From contig CM059431.1 of assembly GCA_030390025.1 (NCBI GenBank), positions 138,324,001 through 138,388,000 on the forward strand: DNA of 64,000 nucleotides, written 5' to 3'. Positions within the stretch are counted from its first letter, which is position 1. Each line of letters opens with the position of its first letter. This document shows positions 62,285 through 64,000 of the stretch, piece by piece. The notes beneath the pieces are model-generated. The model was not told where the DNA came from and did not search any database. It was given only the letters and a program-made list of their open reading frames with translations. The DNA is from Squalus acanthias (taxonomy: Eukaryota). The translations under genes and the position numbers were made by a program.

Positions 62285-64000
62285 ATGATGGTAGCCTTGA
62301 GGAGGAGTTCATAGAGTGTATCCGGGATGATTTCCTAGAACATTATATAATGAAACCAACCAGGGAGCAGGCTATCTTGGATCTGGTACTGTGCAATGAG
62401 ACATAATGAATAAATGATCTCATAGTAAAGGATCCTCTCGGAAAGAGTGATCATGGCATGGTTGAATTTCAAAGTCAGTTGGAGGGTGAGAAAGTTGTAT
62501 CTCAAACCAGTGTCCTGATCTTAAACAAAGATGGCATGAGGGCAGAACTGGCTAAAGTGGACTGGAAAAATAAGTTAAAGGTAAGACAGTTGAAATGCAG
62601 TGGTGGACATTTAAGGAGATATTTCATAACTCTCATCAAAAATATATTCCAGTGAGAAAGAAAGATTTTAAGAGAAGGGAGCACCATTCTTGGCTAACTA
62701 AGGAAGTAAAGGGTGGTATCAAATTGAAAACGAAGACATACAATGTTGCCAAGTTTGGTGGGAGGCCAGAGGATTGGGAATTTTTTAAAAACCAGCAAAG
62801 GATGACTAATAAATTAACAGAGAGAAGATGAATTATGAGAGTAAACTGGAAAGGAATATTAAAACAGATAGCAAGAGCTTCTACAGGTATATAAAAAGGA
62901 AGAGAGCAGCTAAAGTAAACGTTGGTCCCTTAGAGGATGAGACTGGGGAATTAATATAGAGGAACGGGGAAATGGCAGAGACTCTGAACAAATATTTTGT
63001 ATCTGTCTTCATGGTAGAAGACACTAACAACATCCCAATAATGGATAATCAAGGGGCCACAGGGAGGGGGAACTAAAGACAATCACTACCACTAAGGAAA
63101 AAGTAATTGCTGAAATAATGAGACTAAAAGACGACAAGTCCCCTGGACCAGATGGCCTGCATCCCAGGGTCTTAAAATAAGTGGTTGCAGAGATAGTGGT
63201 TGCAATATACCAAAATTCCCTGGTCTCTGGAGAGGGCCCAGCGGATTGGAAAACCGCAAATGTAACACCCCTATTTAAGAAAGGAAGGAGACAGAAAGCA
63301 GGAAACTATAGACCAGTTAGCCTAACATCTGTCGTTGGGAAAACGCTGGAGTCCTTCATTAAGGAAGTAGTAGCAGGGCATTTAGAAAAACATACTGCAG
63401 TCAAGCAGAGTCAGCATGGTTTTAGGAAAGGGAATTCATGTTTAACACATTTGCTGGAGTTCTTGAGGATGTAACGTGCAGGGTGGACAAAGGTGAGCCA
63501 GTGGATGTGGTGCATTTGGATTTCCAGAAGGCATTCGACAAGGTGCCACATAAAAGGTTACTGCATAAGATAAGAGCTCACGGAATTGGGGGTAATATAT
63601 TAGCATGGATAGAGAATTGGCTAACTAAAATAAAGCAGAGAATCGGGATAAATGGTCCATTTTCCGGTTGGCAAACGGTAACTAGTGGGGTGCCACAGGG
63701 ATCGGTGCTGGGGCCCCAACTATTTACAATCTACATTAATGACTAGGATGAAGGGTCCAAGTGTAATGTAGCCAAGTTTGTGTATGATACAAAGATGGGT
63801 GGGAAAGCAAGTTGTGCAGAGGACTCAAATAATCTGCAAAGGGATTATAGATAGGCTAAGTGAGTGGGCAAACATTTGGCAGATGGAGTATAATGTGGGA
63901 AAGTGCGAGGTTATCCACTTTGGCAGGAAAAATAAAAAAGCAAATTATTATTTAAATGGAGAGAGATTGCAAAATGCTACAGTTCAGAGGGACCTGGGGG
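62285..64000 (+). mobile_element. CR1 ORF2 fragment running off window end
   Basis: [51 protein letters not shown]. Confidence 0.93.

Overview
Repeat-dense vertebrate genomic DNA, very likely from a cartilaginous fish (HE1/V-SINE, many CR1 LINEs, Penelope-like elements, shark-type CARD-NACHT-LRR gene). No intact host gene is supported. Main contents: (1) a 6.8-kb minus-strand endogenous retrovirus-like provirus (3071-9860) with ~1.03-kb LTRs, a tRNA-Leu PBS, a shortened gag with two zinc knuckles, an in-frame TAG before the protease, a pol reduced to protease fused to the integrase C-terminal tail (no RT, RNase H or IN core), and a decayed env that looks like an F-type (paramyxo/pneumovirus-F-like) fusion protein rather than a gamma-type Env; (2) a multi-exon minus-strand NLR pseudogene (15085 to at least 31471, probably 35829) whose CARD exon is broken by a young CR1; (3) two Penelope-like elements carrying minimal hammerhead ribozyme motifs, one of which hosts a near-intact Ty3/Gypsy element (39275-43725, 5-bp TSD) that has no tRNA PBS but an 11-nt sequence complementary to its own LTR; (4) several minisatellite arrays, a Harbinger remnant and many CR1/RTE/SINE fragments. 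All calls come from reading and hand-translating the sequence. No database searches were run.
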